A stretch of 64,000 bases of DNA from the NCBI GenBank assembly GCA_964016885.1, contig OZ024746.1:63798001-63862000 (forward strand). Direction: 5' to 3'. The notes beneath the pieces are model-generated. The model saw only the letters and a program-made list of their open reading frames with translations. It searched no databases and had not been told where the DNA came from. The DNA is from Eledone cirrhosa (lineage: Eukaryota). A program made the translations under genes and the position numbers. The first letter of the stretch is position 1; every line of letters begins with the position of its first letter. Shown piece by piece: positions 28,292 through 42,415 of this stretch.

Positions 28292-29239
28292 GAAGAGGGA
28301 GAGGGAGAAAGAGAGAGAGAGAAAGAGAGAGAGAATATAGTAGATAAACAAAGTAGATAAATAAATAAAAAAATGCTACTTAGTAGTGATTATTATTTTT
28401 CTTTCCTCTTTTCCATTTCCCTAGTCTGTGAGAACTTACATAGTAATTTATTTCTCTTTAACAACTTCATAATAATTGTACTACTATTAGTCACATTTTA
28501 TATATTAACCGTTTCAGTACCAGCCTGCTTGAAACTAACCATGGTTCTGCGAGAAAATAGTTCATATTAATGTGTTCATATGTAAATTAAAACTTTACAT
28601 CATGATCTTTTGCACGAATTTACTAGCAGAGAAAGTGAACATTAAACGATAATGATGATGAATTTTATTGTCGTGTTCTTAACACCAGCTTAATGAAAAA
28701 GATATTTTACTGAATCCTTACAAATTCTTGATTATTTTCAAAATTAATTGAAACACATTCAATATATTTAATGAAAAGGTTAAATGGCCAGGAAAAGATT
28801 AAACAGACTTGAACTCATAATACATGAGTCGGTGTTATCCATTCTACTATTGTGTTTCTACTGGGAAGAGACAGCTGATCTGCATTTTAAGTAACTCCTT
28901 GTAGAGGCATCATATTCACATACAGCATTTCTTGAGCATTTAAAACGTGGTGGAGCTCATCTCCTCTCCAGGTCTGAACACAACAGATTTCTTCCAGAGA
29001 AGGATAGAGAGTGAGAGAGAGGAAAATAGAAAGAGATATAGAGGAAGAAACGACCCCAGTACTACACTGGTACTTTTTTTATCCACCTCAAAAGGATGAA
29101 AGGCAAAGTTGACCATGGTGGAGTTTGAACTCAGAGTGCAGAGAGCTGGAATGAATACCGCAAAGCATTCTATCCCATCTTCTAATGACTCTGCTTATTC
29201 ACTGCCATTCCAGCATGAATACATAATAATATATATAAT

Positions 29240-30158
29240 AGCTGCATCATTGTCAACTGCTACATGGGCAAAAGAAATGCTCTAAGCAGAGAAAACTACA
29301 GAGGCATTAAATTGGTTGACCAAATCATGAAGGTCAAAAAGAGTTATTGCACAGCTGATCAGGGACTAAGTTAACCTAGATGAAATGCAGTTTGGATTTG
29401 TGCAAGGTAAAAATACCACAGATTTTTTCTTCCTAGGGAGGCAGCTGCAGGAGAAGTATCTATGTGCAGAGGACCTGTGAAGATTGAAAAGAAATGAAGC
29501 CAGCATGCTCTGATAGATGTATAATAGTAATATACATGAATGCCAAAGTATAAATGAACTGAAAGAGAAATTGGGCATAAGAGGGATCAGATTCAGTGTG
29601 CAGGAGAGGAGATTGCGTTGGTATAGCTATATGATGCCTCTGAAGGATGACAGCTGTATAAAAAGGTGCAGGGTGATCAAAGTTGATGGAAACTAGGGAG
29701 TAGGAAGACCCAGGAAGACTTGGGTGATAAAAGCTGACCTTGCAAAATTGCACCTCTCAAAGACAATGACACAAGATCGAGATCATTGGTGTAATGTAGT
29801 AATACAGAAGACCTGCCTACCCATGCACGTGCACTGAAGCATACATCTAATATGCACCTCTTAACCACTATCCTCTCTCCCCCTTCCATACACATTCCAC
29901 GCTCTAACACCCCACACACATCTGATCACACCACCTTTACACTGTAAAGTTGTGTTGGTATGACAACAAAAAGCATCCAGCCCACAGTGTAAATGTGGTT
30001 GGTGTTAGGAAGGGCATGTAGCCATAGAAACCAAGCTAGAAAAATTCTGTATGAGCAAGACACAGTCACCTGACATGACTTGCCTCAAACGGAACAACCC
30101 GTCTAACACATGTTAGCATGGAAAATAGTCATTAAACAATGATGATGATGATGATGAT
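29240..30158 (+). mobile_element. Internally deleted, degraded RTE LINE
   Basis: NYRGIKLVDQIMKV...DEMQFGFV...RQLQEKYL joined directly to CAEDL*RLKRNE; RTE 3' UTR and (GAT)n. Confidence 0.88.
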
Positions 30159-30512
30159 AAACAATAAAGCAAGTAATAATATTGTTGTCATTACCTTATG
30201 CCTTCTTCTTCTTCTTCTTCTTCTTCTTCTTCTTCTTCTTCTTCTTCTTCTTCTTCTTCTTCTTCTTCTTCTTCTTCTCCCACTTATTCCTGAGAGGTTC
30301 ACGGAGGTAGAGTCCTCAGATATTCCTTCCAGAGAGTCCAGATCAACTGTCTCCAAAATGTACTATGGTCTTAAGTTATGTTCCAAATATCAACTTAATT
30401 AAAATGTTAGTTATTTTACTTTGACATTCTAACCACATGTCCATAAGATTTGTTAACAAAAATTATGATGGAGGTTTTTCCATACAAATATGAACATTTT
30501 AACATAAACATA

Positions 30513-30751
30513 TAAAGAATGGTGTGTCCATGCACAAATGCTATAAAATAGCTTTTAAAATAGGGTAAAGACACTTAAAAATGGAAAAGGAAGTTGCCTT
30601 TGGCTGCTATGAGGAATCAAACCCTTTGGGAGATATGGTGCTTGATTACTCATAGTGGGTGACAGCAATTTCTTTTCCTGTCTTTAAGGGTCTTCACCCT
30701 ATTTTATAAGCCATTTAATAGCATCTTCACACATGAGCACACCATTCTTTA
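30513..30751. repeat. Old diverged fold-back palindrome
   Basis: AAAGAATGGTGTG...AAAATAGGGT.AAGAC.CTTAAA...CTATGAG.AATCAA mirrored on the right. Confidence 0.75.
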
Positions 30752-31995
30752 CATCAACTTTATTGCTTCAGTTCTTTGTAAAACTCTGAGAGATTGGCTA
30801 TGTATATATACAATGTTTGTTAACATAAACAGTTTTGTATCACAGAACCAGGGGTTGTTTCTGGTAGGTTCGTATCAAAAGAGTTGAGTGGATTTGAACT
30901 TCTGATTTCCAATATGTTATCCACTCATCTATCTTGTTTCTGTAGAGAAGAAATTGAATGGATATGACCTCCAAATATACAGTTCAATATGTTATACAGT
31001 CAATTACTATATATCTGTAGAGAAGAGATAACTGACCAACATGTTGAATAACTCCAAAATGATTGCATAGCAAGGTAAATTATAGAGAGTCAAGAAAAAA
31101 CATTTATGAGAATGAACGAAAAGGTGTTCATAGAGAATACCTATAATTTTGGTCAACAATTCTTTGGTATTAAAAGTATCATAATTGATCTCTTTAAAGG
31201 TAATGCCAAGGAATTCTTCAAAAGCCGAGACAACACAACACTTTCAAAGGATTGCCCCCATTTTTATATCCATTGATCCTGTTTGATATCTGTCAGCTGT
31301 CATTTAAAGAAATCCATTTAAAGCTGACGATAAGAAAGAATGGCTCAGCATTAGGATTGAACTGTGTCATATGTTTGATCTACAAATAAAACTAGCAACT
31401 TCATAAATAGTTATATAATTACATGTGGGACTAGAGTTAGTGGAAATATTTCCCAATATATTGTATAGTTGGAGAGATTGTATTTATAGATATTAAGAGG
31501 TCAGAATATTGATCAAAAACTAGGAGACAGGATGGCTCTTCTACACAACTGACCTATTCTAGAAATATATATTATCAATAAGCCTTGTTTCTGACTTGAT
31601 TTAACCTACTTGTGATAGGTATACAGAGAATTAGGTTACCAAGCATTATTTAGTTTAGAGTTTTCCAAATTTTTCACATTAACAACACACTTTTAAAAAA
31701 ATATAATCTTTTGCAACACATTAAGTTTTGTTAGCAATTTGAAATTAAAACGAAATAATAAATAAATAGTTAAATTTCATATCACATGTCACCAGTAACA
31801 TGTGTCATGAATTATACAGAATTGTCAGATCTCAGATACCCATTACAGCTAAAATATTCATAGAAAATGATCAAATTTAACTGAATTTCACAATAGACAC
31901 AGAGATTGGCAGCAATTCACCAATGAGGCACAAAATACAGTTTGAAAACTTCTGATCTATCTCATAAAATAAAACGTTTCTGGATGCTTTTAATA

Positions 31996-32201
31996 CAAGA
32001 GTTGGCTGAAAAGTTCATAGACTGACCAAGATACTCTCATGGAATGACCAAATGAAGTTTATTTTTCAACAAAGTCCCTGGAAAAAACAAAAACAAAAAT
32101 GCAGTTATTAATAAGAAAAGTTGAAATTAATGCATGCAAAATTTCACAACTCTAGCATCACTCCTTCGCAATCAGCTTATTAACTTTTCTGCCAACCCTT
32201 G
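31996..32201. mobile_element. mariner-type MITE
   Basis: TA-CAAGAGTTGGCTGAAAAGTTCATA ... TATTAACTTTTCTGCCAACCCTTG-TA. Confidence 0.85.
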
Positions 32202-34149
32202 TAGATAGCAAGTTACATAGCCAGAGTGTTGGTGTTAGGAAAAGCATTCAGTTGGAGAAATCATGCCAAAAAAAGAAAAATGGTTGGAAGACTCTTCAAT
32301 CCCATGAAGAACAAGACAACCTCTTTAGTATTGTGGCCATGATAAAGTACACCCAGTACACTGTAAAATCAGGCTAGGTTGTAGGTTCAAATCTACTGCA
32401 GGGTTTTTATTGTGTTTTTAGGTAAAACATATTATTTGACATTGTCTCAATTGACCTAGCAGTTGGAAGTATGTATAAAATCCTCTGTGAGTTGGGTAAC
32501 AAACTAGTGTCCTATCCAGGAGATGGTTTATCTCACATCTGCTTAACACCATGGAACTGGAGCTAAGTACCAGCCCTTATCAATAAAATACCTCTCAGCA
32601 CTTAGGAATGCAACAATTGGTGAGATGCTGTATTGGAAGCATGTAAAATAATGATGATGATGATGATGATAATGATGATTACTGTTAATAATCCAAGAGA
32701 GACAACTTAGAAATGAACATGGAATGATGGACGTATTTTAGCTGTAATTTTTCTTGGGAAATTGGATTTGACTGTTGATGATTGTAGCTTTTAATATATT
32801 GTGATTTGGGGATTTAAACTGAACAAAGCAATTTGATTTTCAGTAATAGTTTCTCAAAATACATTGATAGCAGAACATACAACCAATGATCAGCAAATAT
32901 AGGATGGTATCTTGATTTCTAGCCCCTCTATCACTAAATACACAAAACTATAACACCTAGAAGAAAGAACTAGGATTTTGGGAATTAGTTTTAATTAGAA
33001 AAGGCGAGTGGCCAACTGTTTATATGTTTATAAGTTTAAATGAATATTATCACAATATCTCCTGATGATGGAAGGCAACAACACTTCCAAAAATGGGATA
33101 CACTTTTTTTTAGAGGATATCAATTAATTACCTTTCAATGCCTAAGAATTTTGAATAATGGTTTCTGATTCAGGTACAAGACCATTTATTTTGAATAATA
33201 TCAATGGCTGAGGGACATGTCAGTAACTGACTACTTCATTCAGTTTCATTGTCTTGTAAAACTCTGTCTGGTCTCTCCCCAACCTCATTGTTGAGGGTAA
33301 GGGACCATGGACAATTGCACCAAAGGTAATCTGTATAATACTATATATCCATAATTCTCATTGGGGAAAAAAGTTACATTGGTGAGTCCTGAATCCTTGT
33401 CCGACCATTACTTGGAAGCTGGCTACTGAGCCACAGCTTATCCACCTTCACCACAATGATGAAACTGTTGACCACTTGAAAAGTCTACCCTGGTTTGGAA
33501 ATCAGGGATCCTTCTCCTAGACAGACTACCAACCAAGGCTAATGAGACCTATTAGATGGCTATTGACTCTCCTGACTTCCTCTGCCATCTGATGGGGATT
33601 TTATTTTCATTCTACAGGATGTCTAAAATCATCCTTCTCACCAAGCAAGCAAGTTTAGTAAGGAGGATGGAGGTAGCCAGTTTTGTCGTCAACACCATCT
33701 GACCCTTTGATAGTTTATACTAGGTTAAATGTTGTCAGTAGCACTCGAGAGTGACCTGACCCTGTAATTCAGAGACCATGAAAATATTTCGCTTGAACCC
33801 AGCCTCAAGTATATAAGTACAAATCTAACACTGGAAAATAAATTATAATTATTCATACAGTGCAATAATAAAATAAGGATGTGCTATAGAATGAAAATCT
33901 GATGTGTTAGGAAAAAGTGGATGTTATATTTGAAATCAGCACCTCAAACTTAGCTAAAAACAACAACAAAACCTAAGTCAGCAAAGAGTGTGTTGACCAG
34001 TATTATCTATTCATGAGGATCATACTGTAGAGCACTCATCGCTTTTAACAGTCTTGCCATGTGATAGAAAAAAAGTATTGTAATTTTTAAACTCAAGAAC
34101 AGGTCTGCAACTCAGGTCAGCAGAAAAAAAGCAAAATTTTGTTAACCAG

Positions 34150-35055
34150 TGTTATTAATGAAAGCTACAGTTGGTGAGTTAACTGCATCTGCTGTGTTAA
34201 AACAACTAAACAAATTTCATGCATGGACATACTCTTAACACATCTTTAAAAACTAGCACTACATCAATAGTAATAAAAAAAAACATGGATGATGTTTATA
34301 ATAAAACTATTTGACAGACGACCAGAGAGTCTGATAGATGTCAAGTATGGTTGCTGACCACATCAGCCTTCAAATAACTAAAGTAAAAGGAAATTTAAGT
34401 GAAGGAAAGCATAATAAAAAGGTAAATCCAACAAAATCTGATGGTGAGGTCTTTAAATGTTATGTTTGTGGCTCTACTTTACACATTGGGCTAATAATTA
34501 TTTGTATTCTCATGGTAGCCAAACAGATGTTTATATATCTGTTATTAACATAGTATTAATGAACCAACAAAAGTGGGAGAATGATAGTCCAACATTTTTG
34601 CATGCAACAATAGAATCTGTAGTTCTAGACAATGATGCTTTAGGAACTGTTTGGTATAAATGTTTGATGAACACATTACCAACACACAAACAGCAAAGAT
34701 GCTACTTTTGATCACCACCATTATTCCTCTTATTAATTCATTTATTCATGATATTTCAATGAACACTGAATTTAAAAAAAAAAATCAATCAAATGCTGAA
34801 ACTTTAAAGAAAAGATCAAGATAAGGGGAAGAAAAATAATGTACAGGTTTGGTGATTGAGAAAGGTTAGAATCATTGTATAAATGTCATTTTGTCTTGTG
34901 TCATTGCTTGTATCAGAGTTGATGTTATGCAATTGGAAATTTCACGTTTGTTTAGCAAAGCTGACTTGAAAATACCAAAACATGTTTCAACTTTGAAAAT
35001 GGCAGAGTAATATTTGGAAAAAAACTACACTGTAGGTGCACATCCTCACTAGTAA
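34150..35055 (+). pseudogene. Degraded LTR retrotransposon gag-protease remnant (Copia, GalEa-like)
   Basis: Zinc-knuckle-like NPTKSDGEVFKCYVCGS..HWAN; protease-like SVVLDNDALGTVW; YRFGD...DVMQLEISRLFSK...NFENGRVIFG. Confidence 0.6.
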
Positions 35056-35482
35056 CAACAATAAATATACGCCCAATATGTATACCCTTGGCAAAATGTG
35101 TGCCCAATATGCAAGCTTGGCTAAATATACGCTTGGAAAAATATATACTTGGCAACATATATGCTTGGCAAAATATATGCTTGGCAATTCAATTCAAATA
35201 CATTCATTGGCTGGCTTCAAAGATCAAATCCACTCCAACATGCATTATCTATACTGTCCAAAAATTTCAATCAATTAGTCTTGTTGCAGTTATCTCTCTT
35301 GATTTTTAAATTATTAAATTTTAAATACTATTAGAGAGAGTTTTATCTGTTCACTTGCTTGAATAATCTCAGTTGACCAAAGTTTGTTACCTCATTATAT
35401 ATTAGATATGTAATACCCATTCTATAGCATGGAAGATAGACGTTAATCGATGATGATAATGATAATGATGATGATGAACGTC

Positions 35483-36060
35483 ATATATTAGATACTGGAG
35501 ACCTCTTCTATATAACACCATTATATATTATATATGGGAGACCTCTTCTATATAACATTATATATTAGATATTGGTTGACTTTGCCTTTCATCCTTACGG
35601 GGTCGATAAAATAAAGTACCAGTAATGCACTGGGTAATTGCTGGCCTTGTGTGTAAAGTAGAAACAATTATATATTAGATATTGGCAGTATCGGTAGAGG
35701 GTTGGACACCATGCTTTGACGCATAGAGTTACGGCCCTTGCCATTCTGAGTTCAAATCCCACTGAGGTTAACTTTGCCTTTCATCCTTACGGGGTCGATA
35801 AAATAAAATACCAGTAATACACTGGATAATTGCTGGCCTTGTGCCAAAAAGTAGAAACAATTATATATTAGATATATAATACCTCTGCTATATAACCACT
35901 TTATATATTAGATATTGGAAACCTCTGCTATATAACAACATTATATATTAGATGTGTGAGATCTCTGCTATATAATAACATTATATATCAGATATAAGAC
36001 CCCTTCTATATATTATCATATATTAGATAAGTAATACCTTTGCTATATAGCAACCACATT
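35483..36060. repeat. ~33-36-bp AT-rich minisatellite (ATATATTAGATATTGG..ACCTCT.CTATATAAC) with two SINE family A insertions (~35573-35670, ~35681-35862)
   Basis: Seen directly. Confidence 0.85.
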
Positions 36061-36489
36061 ATATATGTAAATTCTATTCTATATAACAACCATATGTAAG
36101 GCTTTTGTATAACATTTATAATGTTGTTACAATTTCTTAACAATAACATTGTAAATATTTGCAAAGTAAGGAAAAGTGTTTGTCACATATGTAAAATGAA
36201 GCTGTAGTATATAGCTTCATTTCAGATGCATATATATCTTTCATTTATATGTTTGTATATAAGTGTGAATTGAGATATTGATAAAAGCAAACACGAATAT
36301 GTTTGTGTATATGTAAATACACATATAGCTGTTTGCATATAGAAATATTTGTATGCATACTTGTGAATCTGTAATTTAGTCTACATAATTGTGCATCTTC
36401 GATGGTGTAAAGGCACTTTGCATCTCTGACCTATAAATATATATACAAAGACACTTTTGCATCTATGACCAGTATATATATATTGCTTG

Positions 36490-37216
36490 CATGCTTGCAT
36501 GCTCCGCTGGATGTGTAACAGTAATATACGTGAATGGCAAAGCATAAACGAACTAAGGAAAAAATTAGAAATAAGAGGGATCAGATGTTGTTTACCCGAG
36601 AGAAGGCTATGTTGGTATGGTCACGTGATGCGCATGAAAGACGATAGCTGTATAACAAAGTGCAGGGCAATAAAGATAGACGGTAGCCACGGAGTAGGCA
36701 GACCCAGAAAAACCTGGGACGAGCTGATAAATTCCGACCTCACACACTTACACCTCTCCAAGACAATGTCACTGGACCGAGACCTTTGGCGGTACTCAGT
36801 AATAGAGAAGACCCGCCTTACCTAAATACAAAGTAAAACCTACTACATTCAGTAGGCATCTCTAACAAAATACACCCCCGTCCCACCACCCCATCCACAC
36901 CGCCCCTTTCAATGTAAAGTTATGTTGGTGCCACAACATCCAGGCCGAAACAAATGAGATCGTGTAGGTGTCACGACAAAAAAACACACAGTCCACACTG
37001 TAATGTGGCCGTGTAGGCAACACGGTAAAAACCTCCCAGCCCCACACTGTAAATGTGGTTGGTGTTAGGAAGGGCATCCAGCTGTAGAAAACCCGCCAGA
37101 CAGTCCTATGCGAGCAAGACAATTACTCTTGCCTCAAGTGGGAAAACCCCCGTCCAAACCCATGCAAGCGTGGAACACGGACGTTAAACGTTGATGATGA
37201 TGATGATGATGATGAT
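36490..37216 (+). mobile_element. 5'-truncated RTE LINE
   Basis: ACMLRWMC...WYGHVMRMKDD...GRPRKTW; UTR; (GAT)n. Confidence 0.93.
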
Positions 37217-37570
37217 ATATATATAATATATTAACAAATGGAAACTATATTTATAAAACCATATTTATTTCATTATACATATTTCAATGGCCACCAGAGC
37301 AAACTATGGTGCGCTTTCATCAGATAAAATATAATATAGGTTAGTTTTATAAAAAAATAAATATTGACATACCCTTAAAAAATGCAACCATTCTAGATAG
37401 AATGGTTGCATTTTTTAAGGGTATGTCAATATTTATTTATAAAACTAACCTATATTATATTTTATCTGATGAAAGCGCACCATAGTTTGCTCTGGTGGCC
37501 CTTGAAATATGTATAATGAAATAAATATGGTTTTATAAATATAGTTTCCATTTGTTAATATATTGTATAT
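37217..37570. mobile_element. ~350-bp near-perfect palindrome with a hammerhead-like motif in each arm
   Basis: Centre CCATTCTA-GA-TAGAATGG; CTGATGA (37466) AAG..CACCA...TGGTG..CTT GAAAT-AT-GTA. Confidence 0.8.
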
Positions 37571-37653
37571 TTACTCCAATAATTTGTTGAGTGCTTTATA
37601 TCAGTTATAAAAATATTTTGCTTGTTGTATCCCAACAAATTAAATATAAACTC

Positions 37654-37727
<74 letters not shown>

Positions 37728-37763
37728 ATACATATATATAAAGACACTTTTGCATCTATGACT

Positions 37764-37819
<56 letters not shown>

Positions 37820-37863
37820 ATATACATACATATAAAGACACTTTTGCATCTATGACCTGTGCC

Positions 37864-37925
<62 letters not shown>

Positions 37926-38269
37926 TATATTTATATGTATGTGTGTGCGTGTGTATGTATGAGTGTGTGTATACTTAGACGTCATGTAATAGCCATAGGA
38001 ACATTAGAGACAGTAACAGATTAGTCCAATTGGGACTGATCATTGGACCTAGCTAGAATGCAACAATTTGTGAGAGATTGAGAAAGTAGTTCTATTTAGG
38101 AAATTCAAGTGAATGAATAGAATTTAATTCTACTAAAAGGATTTAGGAAATTTTTGGAAGCTAGTATCCTTTAAAGATATTGACTGATGGAAGAACGGAT
38201 AGCAATTAATAGACAATATAATAAAATAAGGAAAACTCGTGCCATTTAAAGCTGGGGTGATAAAGATGT

Positions 38270-39585
38270 GTGGATGTGTATATGTATGTGTGTAAATGTG
38301 TACGTTTATATGTGTTTGTATATGTGTATGTGTATATGTGTGTGTATATGTATGTGTGTATGTGTGTATGTGTGTATGTGTATGTTTATATGTGTATATG
38401 TATGTGTGTATGTGTATGTTTATATGTGTGTGTATATGTGTATATGTATGTGTGTATGTGTGTATGTTTATATGTGTGTGTATGTGTGTATGTGTATGTT
38501 TATATGTGTATATGTATGTGTGTATGTGTATGTTTATATGTGTGTGTATATGTGTATATGTATGTGTGTATGTGTGTATGTTTATGTGTGTGTATATGTG
38601 TATATGTATGTGTGTATGTGTGTATGTGTGCATGTGTATGTTTATATGTGTGTGTATATGTGTATATGTATGTGTGTATGTGTGTATGTTTATATGTGTG
38701 TGTATATGTGTATATGTATGTGTGTATGTGTGTATGTGTGCATGTGTATGTTTATATGTGTGTGTATATGTGTATATGTATGTGTGTATGTGTGTATGTT
38801 TATATGTGTGTGTATATGTGTATATGTATGTGTGTATGTGTGTATGTGTGCATGTGCATGTTTATATGTGTGTGTATATGTGTATATGTATGTGTGTGTG
38901 TGTATGTTTATATGTGTGTGTATATGTGTATATGTATGTGTGTGTGTATATGTGTATGTTTATATGTGTGTGTATATGTGTATATGTATGTGTGTATGTG
39001 TATGTTTCTATGTGTGTGTATATGTATATATGTATGTGTGGGAACATGTATATGTGTATATGCCTGTCTATGTGTATGCTTGTATGTGTATTTGTGTGCG
39101 CATGTGTATATGTGGATGTGTATATATGTGTGTATGTGTGTGTATGTATATATTTGTGTATATGTATATATGTGTGTGTATGTATATATTTGTGTATGCA
39201 TGTGTGTGTATATATGTGTGTGTATGTGTGTTTATGTATATGAGTGTATGTGTATATGCATATGTATGTGTATGTGTTTATGTGTGTGTATGTGTGTGTA
39301 TGTGTGTATGTGTGTGTGTATATATGTGTGTATATGTGTGTGTATGTGTTTATGTGTGTATGTGTATATGTGTGCATGTGTGTGTATGTGCATTTATGTG
39401 TATGTGTATGTGATTATGTGTGTGTATGTATATATGTGTGTGTATGTGAATATTTTTATGTATGTGTATATGTGAGCATATGAGTTAGTCTGAAAGTACA
39501 TATGTCTGTGATGTGTATATATATATGTGTGTATATGTGTATGTATGTGTATATATGTGTGTGTATATATGTGTATGTGTATGAG
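38270..39585. repeat. TG/TA compound microsatellite
   Basis: Seen directly. Confidence 0.97.
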
Positions 39586-39749
39586 TTTGCCTGAAAGTGC
39601 ACATGGTTTGTGACCCAGTACATAGACAACCATACGCAAACATGATATTTCTTCATTGGTATAGACCAAGTGGTATGTACAGTTATATACACTAATGATT
39701 TCTTACATACATAGGTACAAAGTCACAAATCTACAGAGAAAGAATTTAA

Positions 39750-39969
39750 CCATTTAGCATTTAAATCAGCCATATCCGGCCAGAATTCTCTCACCTCTTT
39801 CTGTTCAAACCGACCATAACTGGCTGCTCATACTGATGTTAAGGTATTTTCTCAAAATAAATAACATAAAAATCTCATAGATTCGATATTAGGTGACATA
39901 ATCATGCGAGGTAAAGCTTTTACCATGAAAATACAATAGTATATATAGAGTAATGGAAATGCTAAAGGG
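39750..39969. mobile_element. TTAA-flanked (piggyBac-type) MITE
   Basis: TTAA-CCATTTAGCATT...AATGCTAAAGGG-TTAA. Confidence 0.82.
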
Positions 39970-40072
39970 TTAAGATGTAAAGATGTTCTTGATTTTCCCT
40001 TAATACCATTAATGAAATAATTAAACAAAATGGTTACATTATATAAAATGAAAACTGAGTCATTAACATAAA

Positions 40073-40607
40073 CTAGCAGAAAAATCCCCCTTCGGGTGGT
40101 TTTCTGCTAGCATGTGTAGTGTGTATATTGATATTATATGCAAATATATATGCATGTAGATAGGATATGTGAAATTAAATCACCATTGACAATATGCACA
40201 GAAATTGAATGAAGGCTGAGTTACATTCTCTTCTGTAATCCATGATACATTAAAAAAAGATATTATATATAAACTGCATATATAATAAACTAAAATGTTA
40301 TGAAAACGAAAAAGTAGAAAATTAGTGACCTAAATATAAACCTTATATAATAATGCAAATATATGAACATTTATATAAGCAATCAATGCGATAAGTATTA
40401 TAATATAACTGTTTCGACTTTAGGCACAAGGCCAGCAATTACCCAGTGCATTACTGGTACTTTATTTTATCGACCCCGTAAGGATGAAAGGCAAAGATAA
40501 CCTCGGCGGGATTTACGGATGCTAACCGGAAGTGTTGACATTTGAAAATTTTAAAGAAGTGAATCTTAAAATAAGCAATACTTTAGCAATACTTTATATA
40601 TATAAGA
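40073..40607 (-). mobile_element. Non-autonomous Helitron-like element containing a truncated SINE A (~40405-40514, minus)
   Basis: Minus strand begins TCTTATATATATAAAG and ends with a GC hairpin (CCCGAAGGG) followed by CTAG|T; the base before TC is T rather than the expected A. Confidence 0.55.
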
Positions 40608-40682
40608 ATATTTATGTTTAACCAAGAGCTACGAAATTTAGTAGATAAATTACATAATATTCATTCATTATTTATTCAAAGT

Positions 40683-40790
40683 TATCCCGCCGAGGTTAAC
40701 TTTGCCTTTCATCCTTACGGGGTCGATAAAATAAAGTACCAGTAATGAACTGGGTAATTGCTGGCCTTGTGCCTAAAGTAGAAACAATTA
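40683..40790 (+). mobile_element. 5'-truncated SINE family A
   Basis: 16-bp TSD ATTATTTATTCAAAGT. Confidence 0.88.
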
Positions 40791-40919
40791 TTTATTCAAA
40801 GTAATCCAACTTATTTTACTAACAGGATAAAAAATTAACAAATGGACGCTGTCCCCGCACTCCTCCCTTTGCAGTGTGAGTCCCTTTACACACTGTGTCA
40901 CACTGAACAATTTTTTGTC

Positions 40920-41441
40920 ATGACGATGACAACGATGATGATGTTGATAGTGATGATTATGATGATGGTGATGATGATCATGATTATGAGGTTGAAGATG
41001 ATGATTATGATGATGGTGGTGGTGGTGACGATGATGATTATGAGGTTGAAGATGATGATAATGATGATGACAATGATGATTATGATGGTGATGGTGATGG
41101 TGATGATGTTGACTATGAGGCTGAAGATGATGATAATGATGATGATGACAATGATGATTATGATGGTGATGGTGATGGTGATGATTATGAGGTTGAAGAT
41201 GATGATAATGATGATGACAATGATGATTATGATGGTGATGGTGATGGTGATGATGATGAATATGAGGCTGAAGATGATGATAATGATGATGATGACAATG
41301 ATGATTATGATGGTGATGGTGATGGTGATGATTATGAGGTTGAAGATGATGATGATAATGATGATGACAATGATGGTTATGATGATAACACTGATAAAGT
41401 CAGTGATATCGGTGACTGCGACAATGACAATGATGATGATG
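40920..41441. repeat. (GAT)n compound repeat with recurring ATGAGG(T/C)TGAAGATG higher-order unit
   Basis: Seen directly. Confidence 0.95.
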
Positions 41442-42235
41442 ATATTAGTGTCTGTAATAATTAGTAATGCAAAACACATTCAAATATGCATAGAAAGATT
41501 CCTTTTCATTTTTCATTTGTTAATGTTTTAGATAATCTGGGGTAAAATATTTCTGTTATGTAACGGAATGGGGATGAATTTTTGGAGGGTGGAAGGCTCT
41601 CATTTCTGCTTCTCAAGAAATTATTAATTCTATTACCTGCAACGTTTTAGAATTGAATTATTTTCTAGAACTGAAATAGAAACTTGGAATGTTTTATAAT
41701 CCAGGTTATGTAAAGAATAATACTGTTAGGTTGAATATTTGATATTGATTTGTGTTGATATTGTTATCTAATCTTTCATAAACCCCACACGTAATTACCT
41801 GACTATTGTCAGTAAATCTAGAGGTTGTAGCATTGCAATTGTCATTTGTTGAAGCAGTTGTTGAGAAGAGAACTGAATTGTCATGTTCAGTTTAAATGCA
41901 AACACTACAATTCATTAACGGCTACACAACACAAACGATCAAATCCCCCAAGAAAAGTCAGTGAAAACGTATCTCAGGTCACAGTGTCCTCTAACAGACA
42001 TCATTTTATAATGTTCTTCCGTTAGTATTTTTAAATTTAGGGTAAACTCTATATTACATTAAAATGTATATATTAACTGAAATAGAAAAAAAAGTTATCT
42101 CATATTTCACTCTTATTAGATATCCTCAGCAAAGCTTGTTCTACTCATGTGATTACAACTAAGAGGGATCAATTTATATAGAAATATAAAAAAATGTTGA
42201 CATTGAACATAAATATAAATAATATGGCTGAAGGG

Positions 42236-42415
42236 ATTCCCTCAGGGAAGCTTTCTGCATATCAAATACAAATACAGTAGTCCCTACAGAGAGTTTTTGT
42301 CCACCAATTGCTCGGATAATTTCAGCTAGTCAAAGTTTTTCAACTCACTTTAATATATACATGAGAATCTACTGTGTTTGTATTTAGCATGCAGAACACT
42401 TCCCTGAGGAATTTT
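42236..42415. repeat. Diverged inverted repeat with CTGAGGA motif; related sequence at ~12910-12945
   Basis: CCTCAGGGAAG.TTTCTGCAT..AAATACAAA.ACAGTAG mirrored at ~42362-42415. Confidence 0.6.

Noticed and set aside
33058-33100. CTGATGA-TGGAAG...CTTCC-AAAA hammerhead-like motif (similar trace at ~18065-18110)
   Set aside because: GAAA or CUGANGA core is degenerate and stems I/III are not convincing; at most decayed relics
40405-40790. Two oppositely oriented SINE halves as TIRs of one composite element
   Set aside because: The right copy has its own 16-bp TSD, so these are independent insertions
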